Origin: Epiperipatus broadwayi
Lineage: Eukaryota; Animalia; Onychophora
NCBI GenBank assembly: GCA_028023455.1
Contig: JAQFVV010000010.1
Coordinates: 10,416,001 to 10,480,000 of the forward strand
Direction of reading: 5' to 3'
Length of the DNA: 64,000 bases
Shown here: positions 1 to 11,520 of the stretch, one piece after another
Position numbering within the stretch: the stretch's first letter is position 1
How the letters are laid out: the number at the start of each line of letters is the position of its first letter
Position numbers and translations under genes: made by a program
The notes under the pieces: model-generated
Seen by the model: the letters and a program-made list of their open reading frames with translations, nothing else
Databases searched by the model: none
Told to the model about the DNA's origin: nothing

Positions 1-516
1 TTGTTATAATATATGTCAACTGTTTTACAATCAGTTTTTGTTATTATCATGTGCAATAATCTATTATAGATTTTAATATATAAAATTTAACTTTGTAAAT
101 CGTGTGATCAGATGAAAGTTTCATGAAAATAAAATGAATGCTGTTTAATAAGTCATAGGTAATGAAGTAAAAACCATACATCATGACGTGATCCCTAGTT
201 ATTCTATCTTGTGTTTGAGAAGAAAAACTTAATAAACTGATCCTTAAACTATCTCATAACTATCTTGAATCTTTGTTTCAAAATTTACACTAAATATTTT
301 TAAATAATTATTTTCTGTTTCAGCTCCACTAATAAATATAGAGAAACGATTTTTGATTATATACTCATGGCAATTGGCTACTGGCTATATGTGGATCAAA
401 TATTTCCAGCAGGGATAAAAACTACATCATATTACAATAGTATATACATAATATAAATAAAATGTCCGTTAATTAAAACAAAATTGTAATCATAATAAAA
501 ATAATAAATTTAATCG

Positions 517-1240
517 TGGAATAGTTACTAATCACTAATAAAATCACTAATTAAATGTGTGTAACTAAACGACCGGCTAAAAATAATTTAAGTACAAAAA
601 TAATTACCAAATTAGTAAAGAAATAAAACTAAATAAAATCTGTACACAGGAATTCGATTTCCCATAATTAATCTGATTGTCAATAATTAATCAATCAACA
701 ATCTAATTCCAAAAAGACATAATTAAATAAAATGCAAGAGATAAGATCAAGAAAACATACCCACTGGGGATAGAAAATAAATAAGAAATTACTTCAGAAA
801 ACGAAAAAAAAGCTTCTTTTTTTTATCTAGGGGGTTTGGTACTTTTTTGTTGTCTCGCATAGAAAATCAGTCATACTGCAAGTAGCAGGGGAAGAGGGAG
901 TTTCTTATTTTTGCAGACCCAGGATCTTAAAAATAATTTTTGTACACCAAGGCGAGAAGACTGCAGGAGTATTAGTCGGAGTGAGAAAATTAACTTTTGG
1001 AGATACTCATGAACATTGCGAGTAAGCAAGAGACTAACTGACTGTTATATATATATAAGCAAAGTATTAATAGTCTGTTTGCAGTTATATGTATATGTAT
1101 TGCCGGAATAATTGTTTATGTCCATTAAACTTCTTCGTAAATTGAAACCATTGGATTGTTATTGAAAATGAAGTAGAGTAAATTCTTGAGGAAATTGTCA
1201 TTCATATCTGTCGAGATAAAGCTAAAATCAAGACACAACA
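517..1240 (+). repeat. 5' LTR
   Basis: Starts TGGAATAGTTAC, ends AGACACAACA; co-linear with 6674-7445. Confidence 0.92.
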
Positions 1241-1243
1241 ACC

Positions 1244-1254
1244 TGGCGCAGTCG
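1244..1254 (+). promoter_or_regulatory. Primer-binding site, complementary to a tRNA-Ser-type 3' end
   Basis: TGGCGCAGTCG, 3 nt after the LTR, is the reverse complement of ...CGACTGCGCCA, an arthropod-type tRNA-Ser 3' end recalled from memory. Confidence 0.7.
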
Positions 1255-1315
1255 CACAACTGATCTGAACCTGACAAGGATCTTTTCAACAACTAAAAGT
1301 ATAGTAAAAGCGGAA

Positions 1316-1716
1316 ATGTCTTTTGGACAAACAGCCATAAGTCAATTTGGTATGGAGAATGCTGTAGAATGGCCACTATATATAGAACAGAAAACTTTTT
1401 TATCCTGAACGATATACAAGAAAACAAAAGGAAAGTGGCAGCACTCGTGTTTCTCAGGAAAAAAAGTTATAGAAACTGTCAACAAGCTTTTTGACTCCAC
1501 TGACAAAATAGAATACAAAGAGTTAGTCAAAAAACTGACAGAGAATTTTAGCTCCCGGCCATCCTGTCACATAGTCCGGTTAAAACTAAGGAATTGGAAA
1601 CAGTCTAAAGGGGAATCAATAAAAGACTATAATTTAGCCCTTAGAGAATTGGCTAGGGATTGCGGATATGGAGACTATATTGAAGAAATTCTCCTGGATT
1701 AATTACTATGGGGTAT
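1316..1716 (+). pseudogene. Gag N-terminal part (stops present)
   Basis: Translates to ...KQSKGESIKDYNLALRELARDCGYGDYIEEILLD*LLWG, the retrotransposon-gag motif. Confidence 0.85.
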
Positions 1717-4629
1717 TGTACCAGTTAAATATATTTTCCACCCAACATGACCTGAACCCACAAAACCGGACTTCAAACCCAGTCAAACCAAAGAATTATA
1801 TCAAAGATCAAACTGAATTCGAACCCAATTCATGAGCTCAGATCAAAATCTAATGGATAATACATATTGAAGGCACATGAGACTATGTGCCATGGAACTA
1901 GCTCAATGGATATGATTACTGAGACCCTTGTCTGACTCTAACTAACGTATGATAAAATGACTACAGATATTTCTGAATAAATTCATATATGTATATTTGG
2001 GTTGCCAATACAGACAGTGAGTATGAATATTTAAAACTAATTAATAAATAATAACCGATCAAATCAAGTATGTATATAAAATATTTAATAATAAGCAAAT
2101 ATTTGTTCAAATATTTATGATGAGTACTACAAATTATCTCTAGTTTTTGGAACGTGAAATTACAATGTACAATAAATAATGGCAGTTGTACTCATATGCC
2201 AATAATTAATATGTAAGTATTTAAGAAATATATATATATCTATGCCCCGACAAAGTAGATAAAGGTAAATAAAGGTATTTATGGCATTTGTGCCAAAAGA
2301 ATTACATACATTGTTCATTATCTGGTATTTTATTTGGAAAAGAAAATATAATTCTAATTTTACGTAAGAAAGATGTTATTCATTTCTCACACATCCGTAA
2401 ATCAATTCATGAAAAGCATGATAAATACGTAGGGTATAACTTCAATACTTACAAAGAAAATTATTTAAAATTATTGATAAATATAAACTTGTTTGATTTT
2501 AATGAAATCAATTCATTATAATTTATAAAGCAGAAGAGCGGGCCTTTATTTGAAATAAGAAGTAAAACAGTACTAATGCATTATGAGCAGCAAAACAAAT
2601 ATGAAATAAAATGTTTTGTCGGTGATTCAAGAAGTATAAAGGGCGGCTTGTATTAACAAGTCCTTTCTGCCCTATAAATGATCCATGGAACATGGGGAAA
2701 GCCAGGTCGGGACACAGCCACAAACCTTTGGTGTCCCAATACAGCGATGAGTGAGGGTGAAAGTGATTTATTCATATATATTTAAAATATCAATAATATC
2801 ACTGATATGACAAACTCAAGAAGCAAGAGGGTAGCTTGCATTAGCAACATTCAGAATGGTGATGATACAATGATCATTATATTTGATTAATAAAGCCCCT
2901 ATTATGTAATGGATGCCTAATGTAATGACCTGATCATATTGAATTAAAATCAAACTTGGAGCAAAAGTGCTTAAATGCAATTATATAATTATAATAGTAA
3001 TACCCCTTATATCATGCCCTCCCTGAATAATAATATAAAATACGAGATTTAAATTAGAATATATTTATTTTATTTTCCTTATTAATCTTTTGTAAAACAT
3101 TAATAAATGTGATCAATGTAAATAAATGTTTGTGAAACTTAAATAAATAGCTGGGAGCATAGGTTATAAAATGGGCTAATAATACTTATCAACCGTTGGT
3201 AAAAAAAAAAAAAAATCAAACATTAATAAATCCTTCAACTCAATAATTAATAGAAACGTATTAATTTAGTTCTAACGGGCAATAATTAAGCTATAAAATT
3301 TAATGCAATATGATTTTATTAGGGTGAGTTTACGAAAATATTATCAAGTTGAAAGTATTATTGGCATATTATCGCAAATAAATGATATTAATTCATTCAA
3401 ATAAATATAATTAAAATTAGTTAAAATGAACCACCATAGTAGTAGTAGGAAGAAAGTTAGCAAGATATTAATTTTAAGACTAAAGATAATAGAATGGAGA
3501 ATTACTATACAAAATTTAACACGTTATAAAATCAATAGAGAAATTTAGACAGTAGTTTACTTAAAATATGATTTGATAGAGTTCAAGAACAGACCAGAAA
3601 GTTGCAGTTTATAAAATAAAAGGGTTACCAGTCCTTCAATGGCTTGCTCATTAATTCATAGGACAGAGTCTGATTGGATTTAGGAGACAACGTAGGTGTG
3701 CACTTTATTAATGTAGAATTCATTTATAAATTAGTTTCCTTTTGGAGTTTAGGCAGCTTACGATCTGTATTTAAATTTTCTATCTTAGCAGCAACATTTT
3801 GAAGATTTGTTGGAGAACTCCGGGATCCAACAATCAGATTCTCAAAGTTATCCATGTATGATGCTGAAAATACTATTAAAAATTAAAAAGGACGTAGTTT
3901 CTGATGTCAACTTCTCTTAATTTAATAGTAATGGCTTCTTATGGAAACGTTTCCAGCTATTTTATACTTTTTCCTATGGTTTCCCACTCATTCTGATCTT
4001 GATAACTTAAGGCTAAAGCTTTTACATTATTACAAACCAAAATTTTCTCTAATTGATCTCCGATCCATTTCTCCGATAAGACTTTCAAATCCATTAACTT
4101 TGAATTCATTTTCTATTTAGAAAATGAATTTGTAAAATCTGAACAAATGATTTTAATTTAGAACCATCCTTAAAGTTTTAACTTATCATTTTAACTAATT
4201 AATAAATATTCCCTATTATCTTTGGGAAAGGACGATCTGAAAGCTTATTGAAAGAATGTAACTTTTAATCATATAAATTTGAACAAAATGGTAAAATATG
4301 AAATAAAACATTCCGATGTAATAAAACTTTATAACGAATATATATTTAACTATTTACAAATATATACATACAATCCATGTAATTAAAATAGATATTTTTC
4401 ATGAATATTTTATAATGAGGTAATTAATAACATTAACAAATTTAAACATAATATAATTAGCTTCAATAAATACTTAAATAATAACCTGTTTTAAATGAAA
4501 ATAATGTGTATTGCAGATAGTATAAAGTCTCATTACATTCGGAAATATTCACTGTTAGTGACAGGGTTTAAACTAGGTTAAAAGTGGGATTGCATGAAGC
4601 TCAGATCGAATTTAGATCCGACCGCTTCA
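1717..4629. mobile_element. Unclassified 2.9 kb insertion inside gag
   Basis: TG...CA termini flanked by GTAT (1713-1716 / 4630-4633). Removing it restores the gag frame (LLWGMYSDRLRELLTDTDL). Confidence 0.7.
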
Positions 4630-4633
4630 GTAT

Positions 4634-5117
4634 GTACAGTGACAGATTGAGAGAATTATTAACAGATACAGACTTAAAGTACCAGATGTGCAATCCAGAA
4701 AGGAATGGCTTATGAACTAATAAGTGAACAAGCTCAAGCTTTTAAAAATACAACTGAAAAGATAAATACTCAGATTTATAAAACTGACAGTTATCGGAAT
4801 AACCCACACAAACCAGATTTTGAAAAGAGGAAAAAAATGGCTTGTTATTGCTGCGGAAAAACTAACCACAGAACAAAAGAGTGCAGGTGGAGAGAAACAA
4901 AGTGTTTTAAATGTGGAAATAAGGGACACATTGCACATGTATGTAGAAAACCCGATACAGATGTAAATCAAGGTGAAGAGCAGAGTCAAAAGAATAGAGG
5001 AGGTAAACCAAAAAATAATTTTACTATTAGAAATACAAGCATGGAGGCACAAGAACAATTTATGATTGAATTGGAAATTTGCAGTGTTAAAATGAAAATG
5101 GAAATAGATAGTGGCTC
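4634..5117 (+). pseudogene. Gag C-terminus with two CCHC zinc knuckles, plus aspartic protease start
   Basis: CYCCGKTNHRTKEC and CFKCGNKGHIAHVC; protease motif MEIDSGS (ORF 4705-5151). Confidence 0.9.
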
Positions 5118-6230
5118 ATGGCAAATCCTTTCAAATCATAACAGATCATAAGCTGTTACTGTGTATACTAGCAAGTGATAAGCTAACTCCTGATCATTTG
5201 AACCTGAGAATGCTATGATGGAGGAATATACTAGCAGTATATGATTAACAACTGGTATACAAGAAGGGAAGAGAAATTCAGCATGCAGATGCATTGTCCA
5301 GAAACCCCGATAGACGGGAACCCCAAAATCATGAAATAGAGATCAAGTATATAGATTCTATGCAGTCTGAAATTTTCAACAATGAAACAGTGGGAAAATG
5401 GATGAGGGAAGATAAAGGATATGGGCTGCTAAAGAACTGAATTAGGAATGGCTGGCCAATAAAGAAACCACAAAACATGGTACCGCCTTTTTGGACCAAT
5501 AGAAATGATCCGTCTTTTAGTAAAGGTTGCATATTAATGGAAGACAGAGTAGTCATACCATTGGAAGAAAGTCCTAAACTTGCTACATGAGGGACACCCA
5601 GGAATAGTACGAGCAAAAGCTTTAGCTCACAACTATGTCTGGTGGCCAGGAATAACACTCGATATAGAAAATTATATTAAGAAATGCTCAGTGTGTCAAG
5701 CACACAGCAACATGAAACCAAAAGAATATATACCCTGGCCCAAGGCAGGGAAACCATGGCAGAGACTCCACATGGGCCATGCCAGCTCTATTAATGACCA
5801 GATATTGTTAGTGTTGGTTGATGCATATTCAAAATGGGCTGAATACTACATCATCAAAAATAAGAGTGCACAAGAAACAAAACTACTAAAAGTGATATTT
5901 TTATGTCATGGATTACCAGAAGTAATAGTCACTGACAATGCCATGGGATTTATAACACAAGAGATGGAGGAATACCTGAACAACAATGTAATTAGACACG
6001 TGCATGCCCATATCACCCAGAGTCAAACGGCGTCACAGAGAAGGTCATACAAACAATTAAAAAGGCAATTAAAAAATCTCCGAACTGCATTCAAAAAATA
6101 TTACATGAAGAAATGCTGTATCAACATGCAACACCATCTACAGCAACAAACAAATCGCCAGTGGAGTTGTTGATGTGCAGGAAACTGTGCATCAAATTAG
6201 ATATGTTATGACCAAAACATGAGCAACTCC
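5118..6230 (+). pseudogene. RNase H C-terminal tail and integrase, degenerate
   Basis: FQIITDHKLL...HADALSRNP; HHCC region LHEGHPGIVRAK...CSVCQ; core motifs VDAYSKW and VIVTDN (ORF 5580-6173). Confidence 0.9.
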
Positions 6231-6673
6231 ATCATATGAGTGAACAGAGAATATTTCAAATTGGTGAAAAAATATGGTTACACAACACATTGCAAAAGAA
6301 GTAGGTTGAAGGTACAATTACGGAAAAGAAATCCAGACAAATATTAACCATCGAAGATGGGAAGGGTAAACAATACAAAAGACTCATAAACCACATTCAT
6401 TGTCGAATAGTAGAAGAGATGCTATTCCAAACTACAATAATACGACCCATGGAAGAACTATAAAACCAAACCCATGGCAAAGAGAGTGAACAAATAGGTC
6501 CAGATGCTGAAAAACAGGAAAAAGTACAACAGCAAGATCATAGTGAAATGGAAACAAAAATAGAACAACCCAGGGAGGGGCAAAAATCGCCCAGACCCCA
6601 GCAGAGCAAAAGTGAACCAAACAGATTACAAGACTACATGTAAAACAAGTAATTTCTGAAGTAAGGGGAGGAT

Positions 6674-7445
6674 TGGAATAGTTACTAATCACTAATTAAA
6701 TATGTGTCTCTAAACGACCAGCTAAAAATAATTTAAGAACAAAAATAATTACTAAAACAGTAAAGGAATAAAACTAAAGAAAATCTGATTATGCAGGAAT
6801 TGGATTTCCCATAATTAATCTGATTGTCAATAATTAATCAACAATCAAATTCCAAAAAGAAATAATTAAATAAAATGCAAGAGATAAGATCAAGAAAACA
6901 TACCCAATGGGGCTAGAAAATAAATAAGAAATTACTCCAGAAAACAAAGGGGGAAAAAAGAACGCTTTTTTTTTATCTAGGGGGTTTGGCAGTTTTTTGT
7001 TGTCTCACATAGAAAATCAGTCATACTGCAAGTAGCAGAGAGAGAGGGAGTTTCTTATTTTTGCGGACCCAGGATCTTAAAAATAATTCTTGTATGCCAA
7101 GATGAGAAGACTGCAGGAGAATTAGCAGGAGCAAGAAAATTAACTTTTGGAGATACTCATGAACATCGCAAGTAAGCAAGAGACTGACTGACTGTTATAT
7201 ATATATAAGCAAAATATTAATAATCTGTTTGCAGTTGTATGTATATATATTATAGATAAGCAAAGTATTAATAGTCTATTTACAGTTATATGTATATGTA
7301 TTACCGGAATAATTGTTTATGTCCATTAAACTCCCTCATAAATTGAAACCATTGGATTATTATTATTAAAAATGAAGTAGAGTAAATTCTTGAGAAAATT
7401 CCCATTCATATCTTGTCAAGATAAAGCTAAAATCAAGACACAACA
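6674..7445 (+). repeat. 3' LTR (carries a short internal tandem duplication near 7190-7290)
   Basis: Same termini as the 5' LTR; preceded by the polypurine tract. Confidence 0.92.
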
Positions 7446-7451
7446 AATGGT

Positions 7452-7543
7452 AATAAACTATTACAAACAGTCTTTAAATCTGCAGAAATACTTTCTTACC
7501 AAAAGTACTTCTGCAGATTTAAAGATTGTTTATAATAGTTATT
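7452..7543. repeat. Imperfect inverted repeat (hairpin of about 40 bp per arm)
   Basis: AAACAGTCTTTAAATCTGCAGAAATACTT ... AAGTACTTCTGCAGATTTAAAGATTGTTT. Confidence 0.8.
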
Positions 7544-8080
7544 ACTGTTAAATTTATTATTTTTATTATGATTACAATAGTATATACATAATATTATAAT
7601 TCAATGTCTGTATTTCTTCAAAGCAATATAATAATTATATAATTGAATAATTATAAATACAGTAATCAGATATATTTTAAAAATTTTATCCAGTTAGGAG
7701 TGCTTTTGACTATCCAACTATCTTCCTAGGCTTTGTCAACTAACACTGTGAAAGGCTAACCTCCCCACAATTCTGTGATCTTAACATTTGCTGCCTCTCT
7801 GTTAATTAAGTCATGCTTGCATTTGTATATACATATATTTTACAGTTAGTGCATGGCATATCTGACAAATCCTATTAATTCAGAATCTTTATTATCTAGC
7901 TGTTTTATGTATCACTATTAAATAGCTAACTGGTTTAATCAAAGGCTAATTACATGGAAAACAATCCATGTTCACTTGTGATCTCAAAAATTTCAAATCT
8001 CTTCTGATCTGTAGTTTTTCTTGGGTCATGGCAGGAGAATGTGCTAAACTGTAATTCTCTTTTCATAGATTAGTCTACTT

Positions 8081-8532
8081 CAGGGGTCGACAAACTTTTT
8101 AATATAAAGAGCCATAGGAAAAAGGTGAAAAATAATTTCTGGGAAATACATATTTCTGAGTGGCTGTGGATATAAATGAACATTTATTTTAGTGATAGAA
8201 CATAATGGAATCTGTATACTTCCTGACGAAAATAAAAATTCTCTTAAGAATAAATAAATAAAAACAAAAAAATTACTTTGACAATCTGATTTATTCATAA
8301 ATTTCTAATATTTAAACATTCATCATATATAGTAATTACTATTATATAGTAAGGCTGAATTCAAGAAACAATGTTGTAAAATGCAATTTCCTCTCCTAGA
8401 GTTATTAAAATATTTATTTACAAATTACAAGAGGAAATAAAAATGTGTTTATACTTATCGTAACAAAAAGAGTCACATGATTGGGATCAAAGAGCTATAT
8501 TTGGCTCATGAGCTGTTGTTGCCTGATCCCTG
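8081..8532. mobile_element. hAT (Charlie/Buster-like) MITE
   Basis: TIRs CAGGGGTCGACAAAC / GTTGCCTGATCCCTG; degenerate nTCTAnnT 8-bp flanks GTCTACTT / ATCTAGAT. Confidence 0.65.
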
Positions 8533-8715
8533 ATCTAGATTAACTATTTTTTGGTTATACAGTTTATCTGTTTTAAACAGTGATAAGCAAGATATATTTA
8601 ATGATATTTCTATAGTGTAATTTTTACTATACCACTTTCACACAAAGTAGCGGTTTGTTTCTATCTGCTTTTAACACCATGTGGAGTGACGTAATCATAA
8701 ACATATGATGAAAGA

Positions 8716-8815
8716 CATGTGAAAAAGATCTATGATCCCCAAGATATACTTTCATGCTGAGCCATTGTCCCAGACCACAATCTCTTACATGTATCTTTGT
8801 CATTGTTCAGTATAT
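8716..8815 (-). repeat. Fragment of HHR repeat family B; CUGAUGA half deleted
   Basis: CATGTGAAAAAGATC...CCAAGATATACTTTCATGCTGAGCCA aligns to 40223-40272. Confidence 0.65.
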
Positions 8816-9959
8816 ATAGATAGACAATTACTATACTTTAATTGATAAGTGTCAAAATTCCTGCCCTCACAACTTTGACATAAACCACTTAATGAAAATA
8901 TGTTAATAATTTTTAACCCTTGGATTGATTGCTTCAAATAGATTCGTACACAGTTCTAACTTGCTCTAATTCCTGCAGTTTTTACGTTATTGTAGCATAT
9001 TTAGGCTTATTTTAAAGCTTAAAATGTACCGTAAGATGCTGCTCTCTCTTGAATTATTTTACAAGTAAAAAATCAATAATATAGGCATTCTAAGTTTGAA
9101 CAAAGAGAAGCCACATCTTTGTAAATTCTGATTGGCTGCTTTGATTTTTGCCAAACGAAACCGCCTGTCATCGCTCAAACTTCTGTTTGGCTTTGAAAAT
9201 GAAAATTAATGTCTTACAATGTTTTTTTTTATTATTTTTCTTACATATTATGAATTATTTTCATAAAATATACTGAAAATATAGTTATTTTAGAAAAATA
9301 GTATTCTAGTAAAAAATTGTATACATTTACACGAATGTCAATTGAAAAAGAAACCATTGCTAAGAACAATTTTCACACCTTTCAACAGTTTAAATTGCCC
9401 CAAGCTCTTTATTTGATTTTTAACCAAAATTAATAATTTAGAGTATTTTTTTGGCATTTATTTACATATTGTAATGTATTTTGATAAAATATGCTGAAAA
9501 TATAGTTATTTTAAAAAAATAGTAAGATTTTAACAAAAAATTCTTTACTATTTCACAATGTAAATTGAGAAAGAAAGTTGATGATGTATGCAACATTTTC
9601 TAATTGTTTACGAACATTGTTTTCCCCGCTATAAAATATTTTTATAAGAATAAATAGAAAATTATTTTTGAAAAAAACTTTTGTTCACTTTCATAATCTA
9701 ACAAATTATTAATATACTTTTTACAAACAAAAAAACTAAAATGAATATAATATTAAAAGATGAATATATTTTTATTGCTGATTCTGTAATTGATCAATCA
9801 AAAGTTTAGAATGCATTTATACATTTGGTGTGTGTGTATATATATATCAGTATTGCCAAGAATATAATTTCAACTGATAATTTTACACAAAATTGTTCAA
9901 TATATAATTAATAATATCTTAAAGATTATGTTGGTAGGTTTACCTTTAATATTGGCATG

Positions 9960-11390
9960 TGTGGTGATTTTTGTGGTCAGATTAATGTACCCTTACAGTA
10001 CATAACGTAATATCACCATACACTTTTATTGCTGACATAATGAGAGTTACCCACTCAGATGTCTGTATTCTTTCCATTACCTCTTTCTCTAATCTTTCTA
10101 AAATCATATACTATTAAGTATGAATGGAATCTGTCTAACTTTGTACATGATTAATTTGACATATCATTTATATGTAATTTTACTAGAGACCCTGCATACT
10201 TTTATAAACTTGGTTTAAAAACTTCTGGGTATTCCCTTCTATATATTTCAATGTCCTTATCATTATTTACAATTGTATTAGTATGTATTGTGGCACAATC
10301 TAAGGGTTCAAACCAACTTCTACCTAGAACATTTGTAATTACCATTAGTGGCAGCTGTGCTATATTTATTCCACCACTTCATATTAACTTTAGCTTGTTC
10401 TAGTACTTTTATTAATTTTCATTTTTCTTGTAATAAGAATTAGTATTCATTTTTTATTCTTTGTTATTTCTTTCCAATTATTATTCATTACTGTGGTTAC
10501 TGCTGATCCTGAATCTATTTCTAATTTAACTAGTATGCCATTTATTTTCATCCTATCTGCTGATATTATTTTCTTATTTCTTTAAAGTTTTTATTATGCA
10601 CTTTCTCTTTTTTTAGACTCTTTACTCTTTATTTCTTTTGATTTAAACCTAATATTTGATCAACCAGCTTATTTTTATCTGGGTCATGTGTAGTCTCTCT
10701 TGTGCTAACATGCTCTCTCAATAACCTGCATACTGGTTTAATGCTTTCACTGAATCTACCTTTTATAACTATAGTTACTGTTGCATTTAAAGCAGCTATT
10801 ATTCATGAAAATTTCATTCCTTGCTCCCCCCCCCCCATATTGGCTGATTCTGACTTGTGGATTTTACTTCCTGATTGCTACCAATGATAACTGCAGATTG
10901 TTTTGATGCTTGTTCACTTATCTAAAGCTACTTCTATCTCAAATATTGATGAATTATATATGAACAATTTTAGATGAAAGGTATGGTTTACCTTGTTAAA
11001 TTTGTCCGTTAATGGCTCATTTAAGAAAGTGCCAAAATCACATTTGTTTGCTTGACTTCTTAGTTTGGCCATGTACTCTACTACTGTTGTGCAATCCAAT
11101 TAGCTTGCAGTAATAAAACTTATAATCTTCCATAATCATAACTGGCCTTGGCACAAAATGCTCATTCAATATATCTATTATTTTTTCAAATATTAAATCA
11201 GATGGGCTGCCTGAGTTATTAATGTTCTATATGTGGCTGCTCCACATAAATTAATAAATGCTGAAATCTTAGGTCTGACATAATTTAGCTTGCAACAATT
11301 TAGAATTAAAAAATCTCTCTACATATTATCTTCATAACTCAGATTGACTAGTATCAAATTTCTCAAAACTATTTTTATTAGCCATTCCTA
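9960..11390 (-). mobile_element. Second Mag-like Gypsy remnant (gag, protease, start of RT)
   Basis: Gag motif VVEYMAKLRSQANKCDFGTFLNE (ORF 10914-11099); protease MKINGILVKLEIDSGSAVT; NVLGRSWF; RT entry SEWVTLIMSAIKVYGDI. Confidence 0.8.
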
Positions 11391-11520
11391 TTATTTACTC
11401 AGTAAAATAAATAAATAAATTTGTTACCATGAGTTCAACTTCCTCTCAACTTGTTCCTTTCGAGCCAGCCATTCCTTAATTAAGCTTCCTTCTGAGCTTT
11501 TTTTTGTTGTTGTTCTAGCG

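Larger units (their letters stand above)
517..7445 (+). mobile_element. Ty3/Gypsy (Mag-like) LTR retrotransposon, internally deleted and non-autonomous
   Basis: Direct repeats 517-1240 and 6674-7445 with TG...CA termini. 5-bp TSD AATCG (512-516) / AATGG (7446-7450), PBS at 1244, polypurine tract AAGGGGAGGA before the 3' LTR. Gag, protease, RNase H tail and integrase remnants lie inside. Confidence 0.93.

Noticed and set aside
2690-2765. Possible twister or HDV-like ribozyme (GTCCCAA ... GAGGG; GGGACAC/GTGTCCC stem)
   Set aside because: The twister UAA cleavage strand, P2 and second pseudoknot are missing, and there is too little room for HDV P2/P3/L3. It is only a hairpin.
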